Assembly: GCA_016748015.1 (NCBI GenBank)
Contig: JAAOMT010000503.1
Coordinates: forward strand, 124,001-188,000
DNA length: 64,000 bases
Direction: 5' to 3'
Source of the DNA: Geosiphon pyriformis uo1
Lineage: Eukaryota; Fungi; Glomeromycota
Of the stretch, positions 1 through 13,134 are shown piece by piece (the first letter of the stretch is position 1; every line of letters starts with the position of its first letter). The notes under the pieces were generated by a model. The model worked only from the letters and a program-made list of their open reading frames with translations. It was not told the origin of the DNA and searched no databases. A program made the translations under genes and the position numbers.

Positions 1-619
1 TTAACAGATAACAAACTGACTACCAAAGAGACAGCAGAGCCATTGCTTGGCAGCAAACTATATTTCTCATAAAAAAATCTTAATTTAGCAGCAGACAGCC
101 AAATGCTGGATCTGTAATACCCAACAATATTGTGAACCAATCCGATGATCACATCACCACCAGACTGAAAGCCAAAATGGCGGGCAGCATCCGCCACCCA
201 GCTTTTTAAAACAAACTCTTTGGCCAATATTATGTATAAGCCACCAGCAGATCCAGTCTCATGAAGAGACTTAATAATTACATTCTCTAGGACCAAACAA
301 CCAACCATCCCACACCATTTTACTCGAATGGTCAACAATAAAGCCTCACTGATACTATCATCCTGCACACACAAAAAAGAGTGATCTGAATCTTCAACTA
401 AATCACATTTGATGCACAATACACTGGGATATTTGGGATCATACAACCTCTTTTTCATAACAACTGGCAAGTGATAGTGAAGTGACTTCATAAGATATGA
501 ATGCAGCGAAGCTGAAAATAAACTGGTGTAACCTGACTGGATCTTACCATCTGGATGCCAAACACTAAAAAATCTACTTATATCAACTATACAGGTGACA
601 TTCTTGTTTACAACATCGG
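1..619 (-). pseudogene. LINE-1st copy, ORF2 C-terminal fragment (Cys/His zinc-finger region); the 3' end runs off the window
   Basis: Manual minus-strand translation gives WHPDGKIQSGYTS...SLHYHLPVVMKKRLYDPKYPSVLCIKCDLVEDSDHSFLC, matching KKLPVAIHKRLYNKCYPGIFCLMCGDVELSDHVFTC of the LINE at 54501-54848. The frame rejoins 10829 across gypsy A (…NWESKYAS-(G)-VVNK). Confidence 0.9.
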
Positions 620-1487
620 TGTTACAGATGAACTTTGTTGGTTGTTAAAATAAATAACAAACCTGTAACTTGGTGCTCAAAACTGTTGTCAATGATGGCA
701 ATCTGAAGGTGTGTTTATCTGAAGGTTTTGGTTGAGTCTTTTGTATAATAGACAGAGATTCAGTAGTAATAGTTTTTTCCATAACTTTTCGAAACTGCAG
801 TTTCATCAATTTCTTTCTCAGTGTGATGGCCAGTGTTTCTTCTGGTAAGCTAACCTCAATCAAGTGTTCTACTCTTATTTCTGGATTTTTTACCAGTGTT
901 ATATCCTGACGTCCGTACTCTGCATGTTAATCCTCAATAAAGTTAGTAATAACAAAAATTAAGACAAGAAAATAACAGAAATAACATAAAGAAATAAGTT
1001 AAGGCAATGAACAAGTTAGTATCTTGTCAATAGCCATGATCAAGAGCTATTGGTCTAGTGTGGTTACATATTAATAACTATCAACATAAAGTGTTGATAG
1101 TGGAGAGTGGAATTGGATGGTAAATGATTTTTTTTATTTATTATTTGTGAATAAAAGATTTCTAACTAATGAATTCTCTCTTTCTACTTTTAACACTACT
1201 GCTATATATACATAATTGATGTTTTATGAGATTGCTCATATTTCCGAGCAATGTGCTATGATTTTTTGAGCAATGCTTACATTGCTGAGTGATGTGTTCT
1301 AATTTTCTAATATCACTCCATATTGCTAAGCAATATGCTGTGTTTTCTGATATTGCTTTATATTGCTGAGCAATGTGCCATGATTTCTGATATTGCTCCA
1401 CATTGCTGAGCAATGTGTTCACATGCTAAATACTATTCTCTCATTGGTCTGTTATTTTCTATATCTGTTTTTTTTTTATGAGTAACA
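620..1487 (-). repeat. 3' LTR of gypsy A
   Basis: Ends tgttaca...agtaaca; colinear with 9957-10824; abuts the PPT. Confidence 0.95.
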
Positions 1488-1503
1488 TTATCTCCTCCTT
1501 TTA
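1488..1503 (-). promoter_or_regulatory. Polypurine tract (PPT) of A
   Basis: Minus strand reads AAAAGGAGGAGATAA immediately before the LTR start TGTTAC. Confidence 0.9.
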
Positions 1504-2217
1504 ATATTGAGCTCCATCAAAATCTTTGTTTTGAATTAATTCTAATACTTCTTTTTCAAGTATTGTTTGTTCGACTTTGATTTTCACTTTTTTTACTTGT
1601 GTATTGTTTATTCTTCTCTATTGGTTAATGGTTATGGTTTCCATGTCAGAGTATAACAATATTTCTGGATAGTTCTAAAATATGTTGTGTAGTCGGTATA
1701 TTGTTTTAACATGTAGTGTTAAATTAGTTTTCTTTCCAATAAATTCTTCAATTTGTTGTATCATGTCTTAGTTAAATATTCTCTTGGATTTGTCAATATA
1801 CAACTCCTGAATATTCAACTTTCGATCTAACTGGTAGTAGCAATATGATATTGGAAGTCATTCTGTCTATTGCTTTCAATTTTTTTTTGTAAGCTCTTTT
1901 GTTGGTGCCATAATAGATATTTTCCCAAAAGTATTCTTCACTTTTTCTATTAAGTTATTTGTTCAGTTTTTATTATTCTTTGGTGGCTGCTAATATGATG
2001 TATTTTTTGTCTTTCTTTTTGTGTTTTAATAGCAAATTGTTTGGTTGTTGATGACAATTTCTATGTCTAACTGTTGTTAACTTAGTGCCTGGAACAGTTG
2101 TTGAGCTATAGTGTAAATGTGATCTGGTATTTCTATTTTTCTTGGTTGCTTTTGTCGTGTGTACTGTGTCTTTATATCCTCTTTTGGTTGTTCAATTCAA
2201 TGTGTTTGGTTCAATAA
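1501..2217 (-). pseudogene. ORF3 (env-position ORF, unknown function) of A, degraded
   Basis: Colinear with D 46013-46728; contains the KTIYRLHNIF..YPEILL motif shared with ORF3 of B and C. Confidence 0.65.
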
Positions 2218-3573
2218 CTATGATTGGTTTCAGATCTCATAGAATCTTATCTGGTTGAACTATTATCCTTTGTACTCCCAACTGTAGAATGGTATTGGTG
2301 AATGATGATGCTATCTGGTAATATGGTTTTACTCGATTACCATGTGCTGCTTTGGCTAAAATTTTGTTGTCTTATCTTAATTTATAAGCTCTATTTCCTA
2401 GAATTTCTTCTATGTGAAATGGTTTGTCTCATTTGGAGTTGAATTTTTCACTTCATTGTTTTTCCACTTTGGTATAATGTAATAGTACTTTGTCTCCAAT
2501 CTTGAATTCCATTGGTTTATCTGGTAGTTGATTATTGTGTTGTTCTTTTTGCTTTTCTTGTGCTTTTTGGATATTATTAGCTGCTTTTTATTGTCTGTTT
2601 TCTAGTGTTTCTATTAAGTTATATGTTTTTTTCAACAATGTTTCTTGGAAATTATCTTCTGTTATTGGTTTAGCTAGATATGTATTGATCTTTATTTTAA
2701 CTGGTAATGTTGCTGTTTTACCGTATACCAATTTAAATGGTGTTGCTTGTGTGGTATCTTGCTTCATTGTCCAATAAGCAAATAATACTGATGGTATAAA
2801 CAAATTCTATTTGTCCTGATTTTCTTGGCTGATTTTGGCAATTGCTTCATACAGTGTTCTATTAAATCTTTTAATTAAGTTATTTATTTGTGGATGGTAT
2901 GGTGATGATAATGGTCTTTTTATTCTAAATCTCTGGCTTAATTCTGCTAATGTTCTGTTCACAAAGTGAGTTCTCTAATCTGATAATAGTTCTTTTGAAC
3001 ATCCATATTGACAAATTAAATCTTAATGAATGAATTCGGCAATGGATTCTGCATCTGCTCTTTGAATGGCTTTTGCTTCTGGCCATTTTGTAAGATAGTC
3101 CATGACTACTGCAATATATCTGTTGCCTCTGCTGGTGATTGTTAATGGTCCGACTAAGTCAATTCCAATATGGTTGAATGGTTGTCCCACTTTGATTGGT
3201 CTTAATGGTTCACTGGGTTTTGTTTCACCTCTTCTCTGACAAGCATCACAATTCTGAACATATTGAATAATATTCGAATACATTGATGGCCAATAGTATT
3301 TTTTCTGATTCTTTTCATGATTGCTTCTTTGTGAAAATGTTCTGCTGTTAGATCTGAATGCATGTTGAATAATATTGTCTCTTTCTCTGGTTCTGTGATA
3401 ACTCTTATTAGTTGATCTAGATTTCTTTTGTTTTTTTAGTAAAGTATATTTTTATAATTGATAAAATGTTTTGATTGTTGTTTGATATTATTTCATTCCT
3501 TTTGAGATAATTTCTTCTTGAACTGTTGAGTATTTATATAATGTTGTAGTTGTTGATATTTTTGTATGTTCAT
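2192..3573 (-). pseudogene. Integrase of A (HHCC, DDE core, GPY/F), own ATG
   Basis: Starts MNIQKYQQ; contains CDAC, GIDLVGPL, DYLTKWPEA, PYHPQ and TPFKLVYG; many premature stops; no chromodomain seen. Confidence 0.9.
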
Positions 3574-3634
3574 CTTTTGTTATATTTTCGTTGGGTTTGT
3601 TCTGGTTTTGTTATATTTTTATGTTGAGATGTTT

Positions 3635-6600
3635 TTAGATTTGTCTCATTCATGACAAACTGTTGGCATTTCCATTGTCTTTTCTCTTTTTATAATGTAT
3701 AGTGTAAGTATATGATAATAGTGCCATTTTCTATCTTAATTGTCTTCTATCTCCAAATTTCTGTTTATGAAATGCTGTTAATCTTTTATGGTCTGTGTAT
3801 ACATCAAACTTCTGGCTCAAGTATTCACTCCATTTCATGACTGCCCAATAAATTACTAAATGTTTTAATTCTGGTGTTCCATAATTTCTTTCAGCTGGAG
3901 TTAAACCTCGGCTGGCATATGTGACTGGATGTTCTCTTCCATTTGGTCCTCTCTGTGATAGTACTGCTTCCAATGCTTGGCCTGATGTATTAGTAATAAT
4001 AATGAATGGTTTATTGTAATCTGAATAGATCAGTATTGAAGCTTGTATAAGCTTTCTTCTTAGAATATTAAAAGCTTCTTGTTGTGTTTTTGTTTATTCA
4101 TATTTCACATTTTTGGTTTGGAAATAATTGAATGATTGGGCTATCTTGGAAAAATTTTTAATAAAGCATTGATAATAGCCTGCGAATCTCAAAAATGACT
4201 TTAACTCTGTCACATTGGTTGGTACTGGAAAGTTCTTAACTATCTCTATCTTTTCTGGATCCGTTTTGATGCCGTCTTTGCTTACTATGTGCCCTAAAAA
4301 GTTTAATTTTGTCTTGCCAAAGAAGCACTTATTGGTATTTAACTTTAGTCCTGTTTGTTGTAGCCTTTCAAACACTTGTTGTAGATAATGCAAATAATCA
4401 TCAAATGTTTTGGAGAACACATTGGTGTCATCTAAATAAACAACTACTGATTTCCACAATAAGCCAGTATATACTATTTTCATTAGTCACTGGAATGTAG
4501 CTGGAGCATTTGTTAAGCTGAATGGTATCACTTTGAATTCAAAATTTCTCTCCTGTATTGTGAATGTGGTTTTTTCTTTGTCCACTGGATCCATGGCTAC
4601 TTGCCAGTAACCACTATCTAAATCCAATGTTGAGAACCATTTGTTTCCCCCAAAAGCATCAAATAATTTTTGAATCTGTGGAGTTGGATAGCTGTTTCCA
4701 CGCATGACTCCATTAAGCTTTCTGTAGTCTATGCAAAAGTGGATTTTCCCATTCTTTTTCCAAATGAGTACTACTGGTAATGACCATGGGCTCATTAATG
4801 GCTGAATTAACCCATTGTTGAGCATTCAGTTGATTTCTTGACAAATGATCTCATGGCTGGTGGGTGGTACTTTGTATGCTTGTTGTTTTATTGACATAAT
4901 ATTTTCAGTTTTGATTTGGTGCTAGATGATATCAATTCTACCGAATTCATTCTCACTGGTGAAGATATTATTGAACTTGTTGAGCAACATCTTCAGCTGC
5001 ATGTATTGGAGTGGGTCTAGATTCCCCATGTTCATTTGTTCCAATTGTTCTGGTTGAAGCAAATAACATTTATTTCGTCTATATATCATTTGTAATGTGA
5101 TGTCAACATATCCACAAAGCTGTGAAAAGTCTGGAACAGGGTTTGGTGGTTGGTCTTCTATTTTAGTAGTTAAATGTCCTATGATGGTTCCTTCTGGTAT
5201 CTCTATAACTTTTCTGGTGTTGTTGTAAATGGGAATTTTGATGTGGCTATAGTTCCTGGCTGGTATGTAGAGATTGATGAGTCCAATTTCTCCTGATTCA
5301 CAACATGCTGCTTTTGCTTCAAAAATCTGGTTCTGATCCTTCACTTTCTTTTATATGACTATCATATATTGGTCATATAGTGGAATAGAAATTGGTTGAC
5401 CAGTAAAGATAATTTCTCCCTTGTCAATAATCTCTTCTTCCACTATATTAACTGGTATATCTACTCTACCCATTGATCCAAATCTCTGTATCTTTCTAGT
5501 TGTGATCTCTAATTCTTGCCTGTTTCCCACTAACACTAACTGAGCTATTTTAACCAAAGGCAGGAATATTGCCTGCACTATCTTTTTATTTGGGTCTATT
5601 ACATAGGCTTTTTCTGAATCGTTTTGTAACATAGCAATAATATTTTCCACATATCCTGCATCAATTATTCCTCTTCTGATGTTGATTCCTTTTTTTGCTA
5701 GACTACTTCTAGATGCTAGTTGAACCATTGTGGTTGCTGAAATTTCCAGTGCTATTTTCAGATCAATACAAGTGTGCAAATGTGGTTCCAATTTAATGGC
5801 ATCTTTTCCAGGATATCTCAGATCAAACCTTGCATCAGTATTATGTGCACGCTCTGACATGATACCTTCATTATTGTCACTGAACCACTTTAGTTTTTGC
5901 TCCTTGGTGAGATTAGGGAGTGCTATAAATGTTTTGGAGTTTGGATCTGAGTTCAAATTACTATTATCTTTATTGCCATATTGAATAGAGCTGGAACTGG
6001 TGTTTTTGTCATCATCATTGTCAGAGTTTGAATTGGAATTGAAAATTGATTCCAATTCTAATGTGCAGCTGCTGATTGGTTCTTTTTCTTCTGGGATTGT
6101 GTAGATTATGCAGATCAGTGGGTTGTAAATAAGATCACACTCATTACAATATTGAAAATCACATGGGATCAAACAGTGGTTACATAGTCGAGTGTTTAGC
6201 TGTGCTAGCTGCTGCTTCTACTTTTCTCTTGTGAATGCCAAGTTTTGGTAATGCTCATGGAAGTCTTCTGAGTTGGTTTCTATGTCGAGAAAGGTGTCTG
6301 GATTTGGAACAAGGATGATGTCAACCTGTTCAGACAGATTGTTTTTAATTTCTAGAATTTTACTGGACATGGTTCCTTGAACTTTGGCATTTGCCATTCA
6401 CCAGATCTCATCCTCATTATGTGAGTAGCCATCCAATCAGTTAATTGCTCTATGCCAAGCTGCTGTTATGGGCATGTCATGACTCACTCAGTCACTGATG
6501 AGAATCATATACTGGCATAAAGCATCACATGTTCTTCCTCAACCAGGAATGTCATTCCACATTCCTTCATCGAGTAGCTGTTCACCACAAGTGAAACATA

Positions 6601-9600
6601 GTTTGTTGTCTCACTTGCCTTGGCACTTTGGATATTTATAGCATTTATGATAGCACAGTTTGCAGTAATAATGTGTTTGCATCCAGTGGTTTTTATCTAG
6701 CACAATTCATTCTCCCATAGACAAGAGTTTCTTTCCACAGTCTTTGCATTTAAGTAGAATAAATAGTGGCTGTGGTAGCAGCTGGCAAATGGAGTATGAA
6801 CTTGTCCATCCTTTGATTGTGTCTTCTATTGGTTTGATTTCTCCAGGTACATTTTCTTCTTTTTCCTTTCCTTTTCCTTTTTCCTCCCAGCTTATTGTTA
6901 GTAGCAACTCGCTTTGGTTGTCGTCAGTCCAAGCGTCAATGGTGGTTCCCCAGATATGTTCTTCTCTTTGTTTTCTTTTTTTATTATCATTGTTGTCCCA
7001 GGAAAGTATTGGCAGTAGTTTGTTGTAGTCGTCATCAGCCCATAAGACTTGATAGGCTTCCCAGGTAGTTTTTTTTCTTCTTCCTCAAACTTAATAAGTA
7101 GTGCTGGTGTGTTGATGGTCTTAAAATGGCCACATGTGGCTGGTACGCATATATATTGACCATTTTGGCTGAGTTAGAGCTCTTGTGTTGTCCAATCAAG
7201 TATGGCATTTGTTTTAGTAAGCCAGTCATTACCAACTAGTGCTTGGTATTGAGTGGCTTCCATTACCAAAACTTTGATAAGGACTATGATGCCATTGACT
7301 TCAAATGGGAAGTCGTCAATCTCACCAATAAAAGTTTTGGTTGCTCCATCAGCTGTGATGATCTTTGTGCAGGCAGCTCTGTCAACTCAGCAACCTAATT
7401 GATCCATGAGTTGTTTGGTAATGATACTGTCAGTTAATCCACTATTCAGGATCAGTTTGATATACTGATCAATAACTTTGGCATTAGTATACATTGTGGT
7501 TATTGGTTTGGTGTCCAGAGCAGCTCCATTAAACAATGAAACTGATGTAATTTCCTCAAGTTTAAATAAGAATATAACAGCAAGTGATTTGTCTTTGGTG
7601 CTGGCAGCTGATGGAATGTTGTGAGTAAGTGGCTTTTGGTTGGTTTCCTGTTTGCTGGACGCAGTATCTTCTAGGTAACCAGAAGACTTAAGTAGTTCTG
7701 AAAACTCAGGTTTTGGTTATACCCGGTTCTTGAACTTTACTGGCGTGATCCTGATGGTTGATTTGTTGAACTGGGAATTGGTTGGTGAACTACTATCGCC
7801 AATCTCCAGTTTTGGGTTACTTTGGATCTGGGGTTTCTGGATGTTATTGTAGCTGGGTTTTGTGGTGGTATTTGAATTGTTTGTTGTGGTTGATAGACTA
7901 TTTGTGGCTGTGGTTAATATATTATGGGTGGCTGTGGTTGATATATTTGAGATTGATATATCAGTGTTTGATAGATTGGCAGTAGCATCATTGGCAGGTA
8001 AGTAGATTGATATTGATTTTGATTCGAGTAATAATTTGGAGTTGGAAACCAGCAATCAAGATTCTGATATTAATTTCCTGATTGTGGATTATTATAAGCA
8101 CAGCAATCGGCTCTAAAGTAACCTTGTTTACCACAGTTGTGGCAAATTCGCATTTTTTGTTGCCATGGCTAATTTGTTGATAATAATAGACACGACTGAT
8201 TTTGGAAATGATTTACGTTTCTTTGATTATTACATCATTGAAGAGACTGATAAATTGGGTAATTGTCAACTAAGTATCTCTTTAATTTCCAATTAATGGA
8301 ATTACTAAATTGTTTCAGTTTAGAATTCAAGTCAGATGATCTATTCATTACTAAATTTACAGCTTGGGCATGGTTGGCTTCTAACTTAGCAGCTTCAAAA
8401 TCTCTTGCCTAAGTGACTGCAGTAAGAAGATCTACCAGATGTATTGGACATACTCATTGGAGGATGCTGCTGCATAAGTCTCTGATGAACTGATTTAAGA
8501 TTTGTGGCACTGTAAAATAATCAGCTTGAATAGCTTAAATTTGGCACAGATTTTTGTGGAAGTGTCCCAAGTAGATGGTAACTGCTTCTGTGTCCCCTTG
8601 TTTTAAAGTAGTAAAAGTACTTGCCAGGCAGTTGATGCTGTTATTATTACTGAAATATCTTAGGAATTCTATTTTAAATGCATTAAAATTTTGGGGTTTC
8701 TGGGACAAGCTATAATACCATAAGTCAGCAGTATCTTTTAGGAAATATGGAATGACTTGCATAGTTCTTGTGTCATTCCAATTATTTGCAATAATGGCTT
8801 TGGCAACGTCATTGATCCATGCCTGGGCATCGTTCTCTTCACTGGTAAATTTCTTAAGTTTTGTGATTGATATAAAAGCCATTAGCACAATTGGTTGCTG
8901 TTGTTGTATTGGTAGTTGAAGCTGTTGTTGCAGTTGTTGAACTGGTTACTGAATAAGTTGCTGTAATGGTGGCTGTTAAAGGGATATTTGTTGCTATTAA
9001 ATTGGTTTGATAATTGGTTTAATTGGTGGCTGATTGATGATGATATTTAGAGATAAGTTTTGTTAATTAATTAAGTCAGAGTTTCGGTTGTTCTGATTTG
9101 GTGGAGTTTTGATTTCTGGATTTTCTAGATTTTGATCTTGCTGAGTTTGAAAATTTGGGGTTTTTATATTCAGATTCCCAATAATTGGGTTCTGGTAAGT
9201 GAATTCTTGATCTTTAAATTCTCCTTCCTCTTTTTCTTCTTGTTCTTTTTCCAATTTGGTTGGTTTCTACAAATCAGTAATTCTGAAATCTGGTTGAAGT
9301 GGTAGTGATCAAATTCCTGATGGCATTGGTAATCTCGATTTGAATCCTTTAAAGTACACACCATATGGTCCTAATAGATCTTCTTTCCTTTGTTTACTTT
9401 GGAATGGAAATTGTCCAAATGTTGATGTCATGTTTGATGTAGACATGCCTGCTGATGCAATATTGATGGCACTTTTAGGAGTATAATAATATGATGGATT
9501 TGTAGGTGATTCAATTCTGTGTTTCTTCCAAATGGGTGGTTGGATCCATTGAGGTGTTACTGCTAGTGTTTGTAATTTTTCTTTGCATAAGTAATTGGGT

Positions 9601-9896
9601 ATTTTTGTTGTGTGTAATGTTTAATTTCCTTATTAATCTCAGTAATGATGGATGTGAAATTATAAATTTGTTGGTAAACTGGTGTTTTAGATTAATTCAT
9701 GGTAAAAAGTTTCTCTCACTGATTCAGTGTTTACTGGTATTCCTAACAAATAGGCAATTTTTTCATTAATGTAGAAATTGAAGGCTGATTTTGCTGATAT
9801 CTGATTGTGGTTCAATCCCAAGTGTTGACAGTAGTGTTGAAATAAGAATTTTGCAAATCCTAAATGGTTTGCTCCTATACTTTCTGATTCTGCCAC
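3635..9896 (-). pseudogene. gag-pol of A: N-terminal extension, capsid, CCHC, protease, Cys-rich domain, dUTPase, RT, RNase H
   Basis: ORF pieces: KLKKFTSEENDAQAW (capsid), CHNCGKQGY (knuckle), ARFDL/ASRSSLA/GIIDAGY/RFGSMG (dUTPase ~5470-5870), SPWSLPVVL/LDLDSGYWQ/YLDD (RT), AVLSQ..HPVTYASR..ERNY..TDH (RNase H). Confidence 0.92.
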
Positions 9897-9939
9897 TGTT
9901 GATTTATTTGTTGGTGCCAGTTCTTTGTAAGATTATATC

Positions 9940-9954
9940 TTACAGGGAGTACCA
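9940..9954 (-). promoter_or_regulatory. Primer-binding site of A
   Basis: Minus strand: LTR end, TT, then TGGTACTCCCTGTAA (other copies TGGTGCTC..); TGG is complementary to the tRNA CCA. Confidence 0.85.
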
Positions 9955-9956
9955 AA

Positions 9957-10824
9957 TATTACAGATGAACTTTGTTGGTTGTTGGAATAAATAACAAACC
10001 CATAATTTGGTGCTCAAGGCTGTTGTTGATGATAGCAATCTGAAGGTGTGTTTATTTGAAGGTTTTGGTTGAGTTCTTTGTATAATAGACAGAGATTCAA
10101 TGATAATAGTTTTTTCTATAGCTTTCCAAAACTGCAGTTTTATTAATTTCTTTTTCAACATAATGATTGGTATTTCTCCTGGTAAGCTAACCTCAATCAA
10201 GTGTCCTACCCTTATTTCTGGGTCTTTTACCAGTGCTATATCCTAACGTCAGTACTTCGTGCATTAATCCTCAATAAAATTAGTAATAACAAAAATTAAG
10301 ACAAAAAAATAACAGAAATAATATAAAGAAATAAGCCAAGGCAATAAACAAGTTAGTATCCTGTCAATAGCCGTGATCAAGAGCTATTGGTCTAATGTAG
10401 TTACATATCAATGACTATTAACATGAAGTGTTGATAGTAGAGAGTGGAATTGGATGGTGAATGATTTTATTTATTTATTATTTGTGAATAGAAGATTTCT
10501 AACTAACAGATTCCCTCTTTCTACTTTTAACACTACTATTATATATACATAATTGATGTTCTATGAGATCACTTATATTTCCGAGTGATGTGCTATGATT
10601 TTTTGAGCAATGCTCACATTGCTAAATGATGTGCTCTAATTTTCTAACATCGCTTTATATTGCTGAGCAATGTGCCATGTTTTCTGACATTACTCCACAT
10701 TGTTAAGCAATGTGCCATAATTTTTGACATTGCTCCACATTGCTGAGCAATGTGCTCATGTGCTAAATACTATTCTCTTATTGGTCTGCTATTTTCTATA
10801 TCTGTTTTCTTTTTATGAGTAACA
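9957..10824 (-). repeat. 5' LTR of gypsy A
   Basis: Ends tattaca...agtaaca; homologous to 620-1487. Confidence 0.95.
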
Positions 10825-12114
10825 CTGGAAGCATACTTGGATTCCCAATTGGCAAAATTAATAGCATCAAACAAACTCCTAACAAAGTAACACGCATTTC
10901 CTGAAACAGGCTGGTTTTCCACACCAAGAAAGTGGTACAGCACATTGAAAGAAAACACAGACTTAGAAATGACTGCCGTATTAGCAAAAAAATCAGCTCA
11001 CTTGTTTCCAACAACACCCAAATGTCCTTTGACTTTCTTCCATGTAACCAAAAGATTCTTTTTTGAAATAGAATGATGAATGTGTTTCTTTTCCAACCAA
11101 CATTTTTTGCAAAAATCAGGACCAAGTGCACTCATGCAAGTTTGCATATATCCAGTGACGCTTGACTGTCCATGTACAAAGTAACAGCACTATAAGCAAG
11201 CACACACTCTAAAGCTAAAGTGATAGCTTGTAATTCTACCAATGTCAAAGACAACAAGCCATGAACTTTCATCCAAATACTCACGTCAGCTGCTGGAAAG
11301 TATGCAGCAGCACTACCACAGATACCAATAGTCCCCATACCCTTAACAGAACTATTTGTGTAAATTTCAATGGGACCACTATCAGAGGCAAAGATGCACT
11401 CAAAAATAAAACTGACCTCACAAGACATATTAGCACAAGTATAATGAGACACTAAAGCCATGCTACCATCCAAACCACTATTCCTAACAAAATCAGATAG
11501 GAACATGAACCAGGCAGAAATTGGACTTCTGGGATCCAGTCTTTTCCATTTGCAAAAAGTATCCCAAGTGAAGCATGCTCTCTCCTGATTCAGAATTTGA
11601 TTAACAAAGACAAAGCCATATCTTTTGAAAAATTTGACTACACTCATATACACATCTAGGCCCAGCATATTCAAAATGAGTATGCCAGACCCAGCTTGAA
11701 ACACATTAGAAATTGCACCATCCAAGAAAAGATTGCACGAAATAAGAGCATGGGTAGTTCCAGCCAAAAAACAATCCAATGGACTAATAGGCAACATGAT
11801 TGGAAAATGTAGAGAATACTGAGGCGTCCAACTTGCCACTTGCAAATCCATCACTCTATAATCAAAAAATCTACCAAGAATTCTACCAGCATTGGCAAAA
11901 TTAATTAAGTTAGCCAACAAATTCTGTGTCAGTACTTGCTCAAAGGTCTTCATTTCATAAAACTCAAGATGATGTAACACCTTGCTAGGAAAGTCTTTAG
12001 GCAGATTAGCTTTGAACTTTAGCCTCTTTCTTAATAATCTGTTCCACTTCTCACATACACTCTTGGAGGCAAAGCTAAATTGCAGTCTGTAATCAACAAT
12101 AGGCTGTAAGACAG
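10825..12114 (-). pseudogene. LINE-1st copy ORF2 fragment: RT thumb region and RNase H
   Basis: Contains LQPIVDYRLQFSF..KFKANLPKDFP, IYTNSS (YTDGS), VELQAI..ALE and MDSQA; homologous to 54987-56200. Confidence 0.9.
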
Positions 12115-13134
12115 TATTATCTGAGTAGAAAAACCGATCCAAAGTTATGAAGAAACATGACCAAAATGTGACATAACACAGAATAGTGTGCAATAATGTT
12201 GGATAATGTGTTATAACATAGGATAACGTGTTATAATGCAGAATAACACAGAATAACATGTAATAACATCAGATAATGTGTTATAACATAGGATAACTAG
12301 TAATAACATAGAAAAACGAAGCAATAACAAAAATAACAAATTAATAGCTAGTGATAGCAAGACAATTAAAAGCAATTTTATAAAACCAAAAGAATATATA
12401 AAAACAAGTAGTTGTAGAAGTTAGAAAAAAAGACAGATAGATATGAACCTTTAGACAAGAATCAAATATCTATACCCCTTCATCATTTATTATCTTTTCT
12501 ATTTCATCTTCTGAAATAAACCAATTATTAAAAAAATCAGAATCACAAATTCATGTTCTTAAACTTTGTGGAATTTACATGAATTAATCCTTGTCTTATA
12601 CCTTCATTTTAGGACAGATGCTCTTAACATAACCACTTCAAATAATTAACAATTTGGACCAATTGCTCTTAATCACAACAATTGATGATACTAATTTATC
12701 TTTCTTTTCTTTTCTTTTCTTTTTCTTTTCTTTTTCTTTCTTATTTTTTGTGAAGTGGCAATATAGTAAAATTGACTGTCTGGGAATAGACTTTGTAATA
12801 GTCTGGTAAAAGAGAAAAGCTCCCCCTAAGTTTTGGATATTAATGTTATCTTGTTAGCTTACTAGAAAAGCAAAAAGACAATGCCAAACCCTAACAACTG
12901 CACTCGTTAGCTCAGAGAAGAAAGCTCACATCTACAAAAAACGTTGCAATCAATGGAAAACAAACTCTGTGCCTTATAACAAAAGAACTCAACGGATAAA
13001 TTTACATCCAGGAATAGATTTTCAGATACTGATAACTAAGACTAAGCCAACAAAATTATGTGAAAAATGCATCCCCAATAATTGAGAGCACTAAATGTTA
13101 CCAGTTCTATTACCCACCAAGTTTACCTATAACA
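12115..13134 (+). mobile_element. Solo LTR E (1020 bp, third LTR family)
   Basis: Perfect ACAG TSD (12111-12114 and 13135-13138); degenerate termini tattat...tataaca. Removing it restores LINE ...LVSAVLQPIV. It has a decamer array at the left end and an anti-PBS at the right end, like the other LTRs. Confidence 0.85.
12171..12310 (+). repeat. Decamer array NNATAAYRYR x14 in solo LTR E
   Basis: ATA falls at the same phase in every 10-mer from 12171 to 12310. Confidence 0.9.

Larger units (their letters stand above)
620..10824 (-). mobile_element. Ty3/gypsy LTR retrotransposon A (full length ~10.2 kb, decayed, dUTPase-containing)
   Basis: Paired 868-bp LTRs, PBS and PPT present, domain order gag-PR-dUT-RT-RH-IN. 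Flanks tcgg (616-619) and ctgg (10825-10828) fit a deaminated CCGG 4-bp TSD. The element interrupts LINE ORF2. Confidence 0.95.

Noticed and set aside
645-863. ORFs inside LTRs (645-863, 9940-10200, 1162-1422, 21151-21384)
   Set aside because: Short, with alternative starts; their recurrence is explained by LTR duplication, and the frame is not kept in D's LTRs.
5470-5870. dUTPase as evidence of a phage, giant virus or host dut gene
   Set aside because: It is embedded in frame in Pol between LTRs in all four copies.
7717-8055. Ser/Thr-rich ORFs (also 40235-40492, 16991-17194, 27346-27756) suggesting mucin-like or overlapping genes
   Set aside because: They are shadow frames of the Q/P/Y-rich gag tract. 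The true frame is broken by CAA>TAA changes and, in B, C and D, is in register with capsid and protease.
11132-12259. Hydrophobic N-terminus on the 375-aa ORF suggesting a membrane protein
   Set aside because: Chimeric: the first ~48 codons are the antisense decamer array of solo LTR E fused to LINE ORF2.
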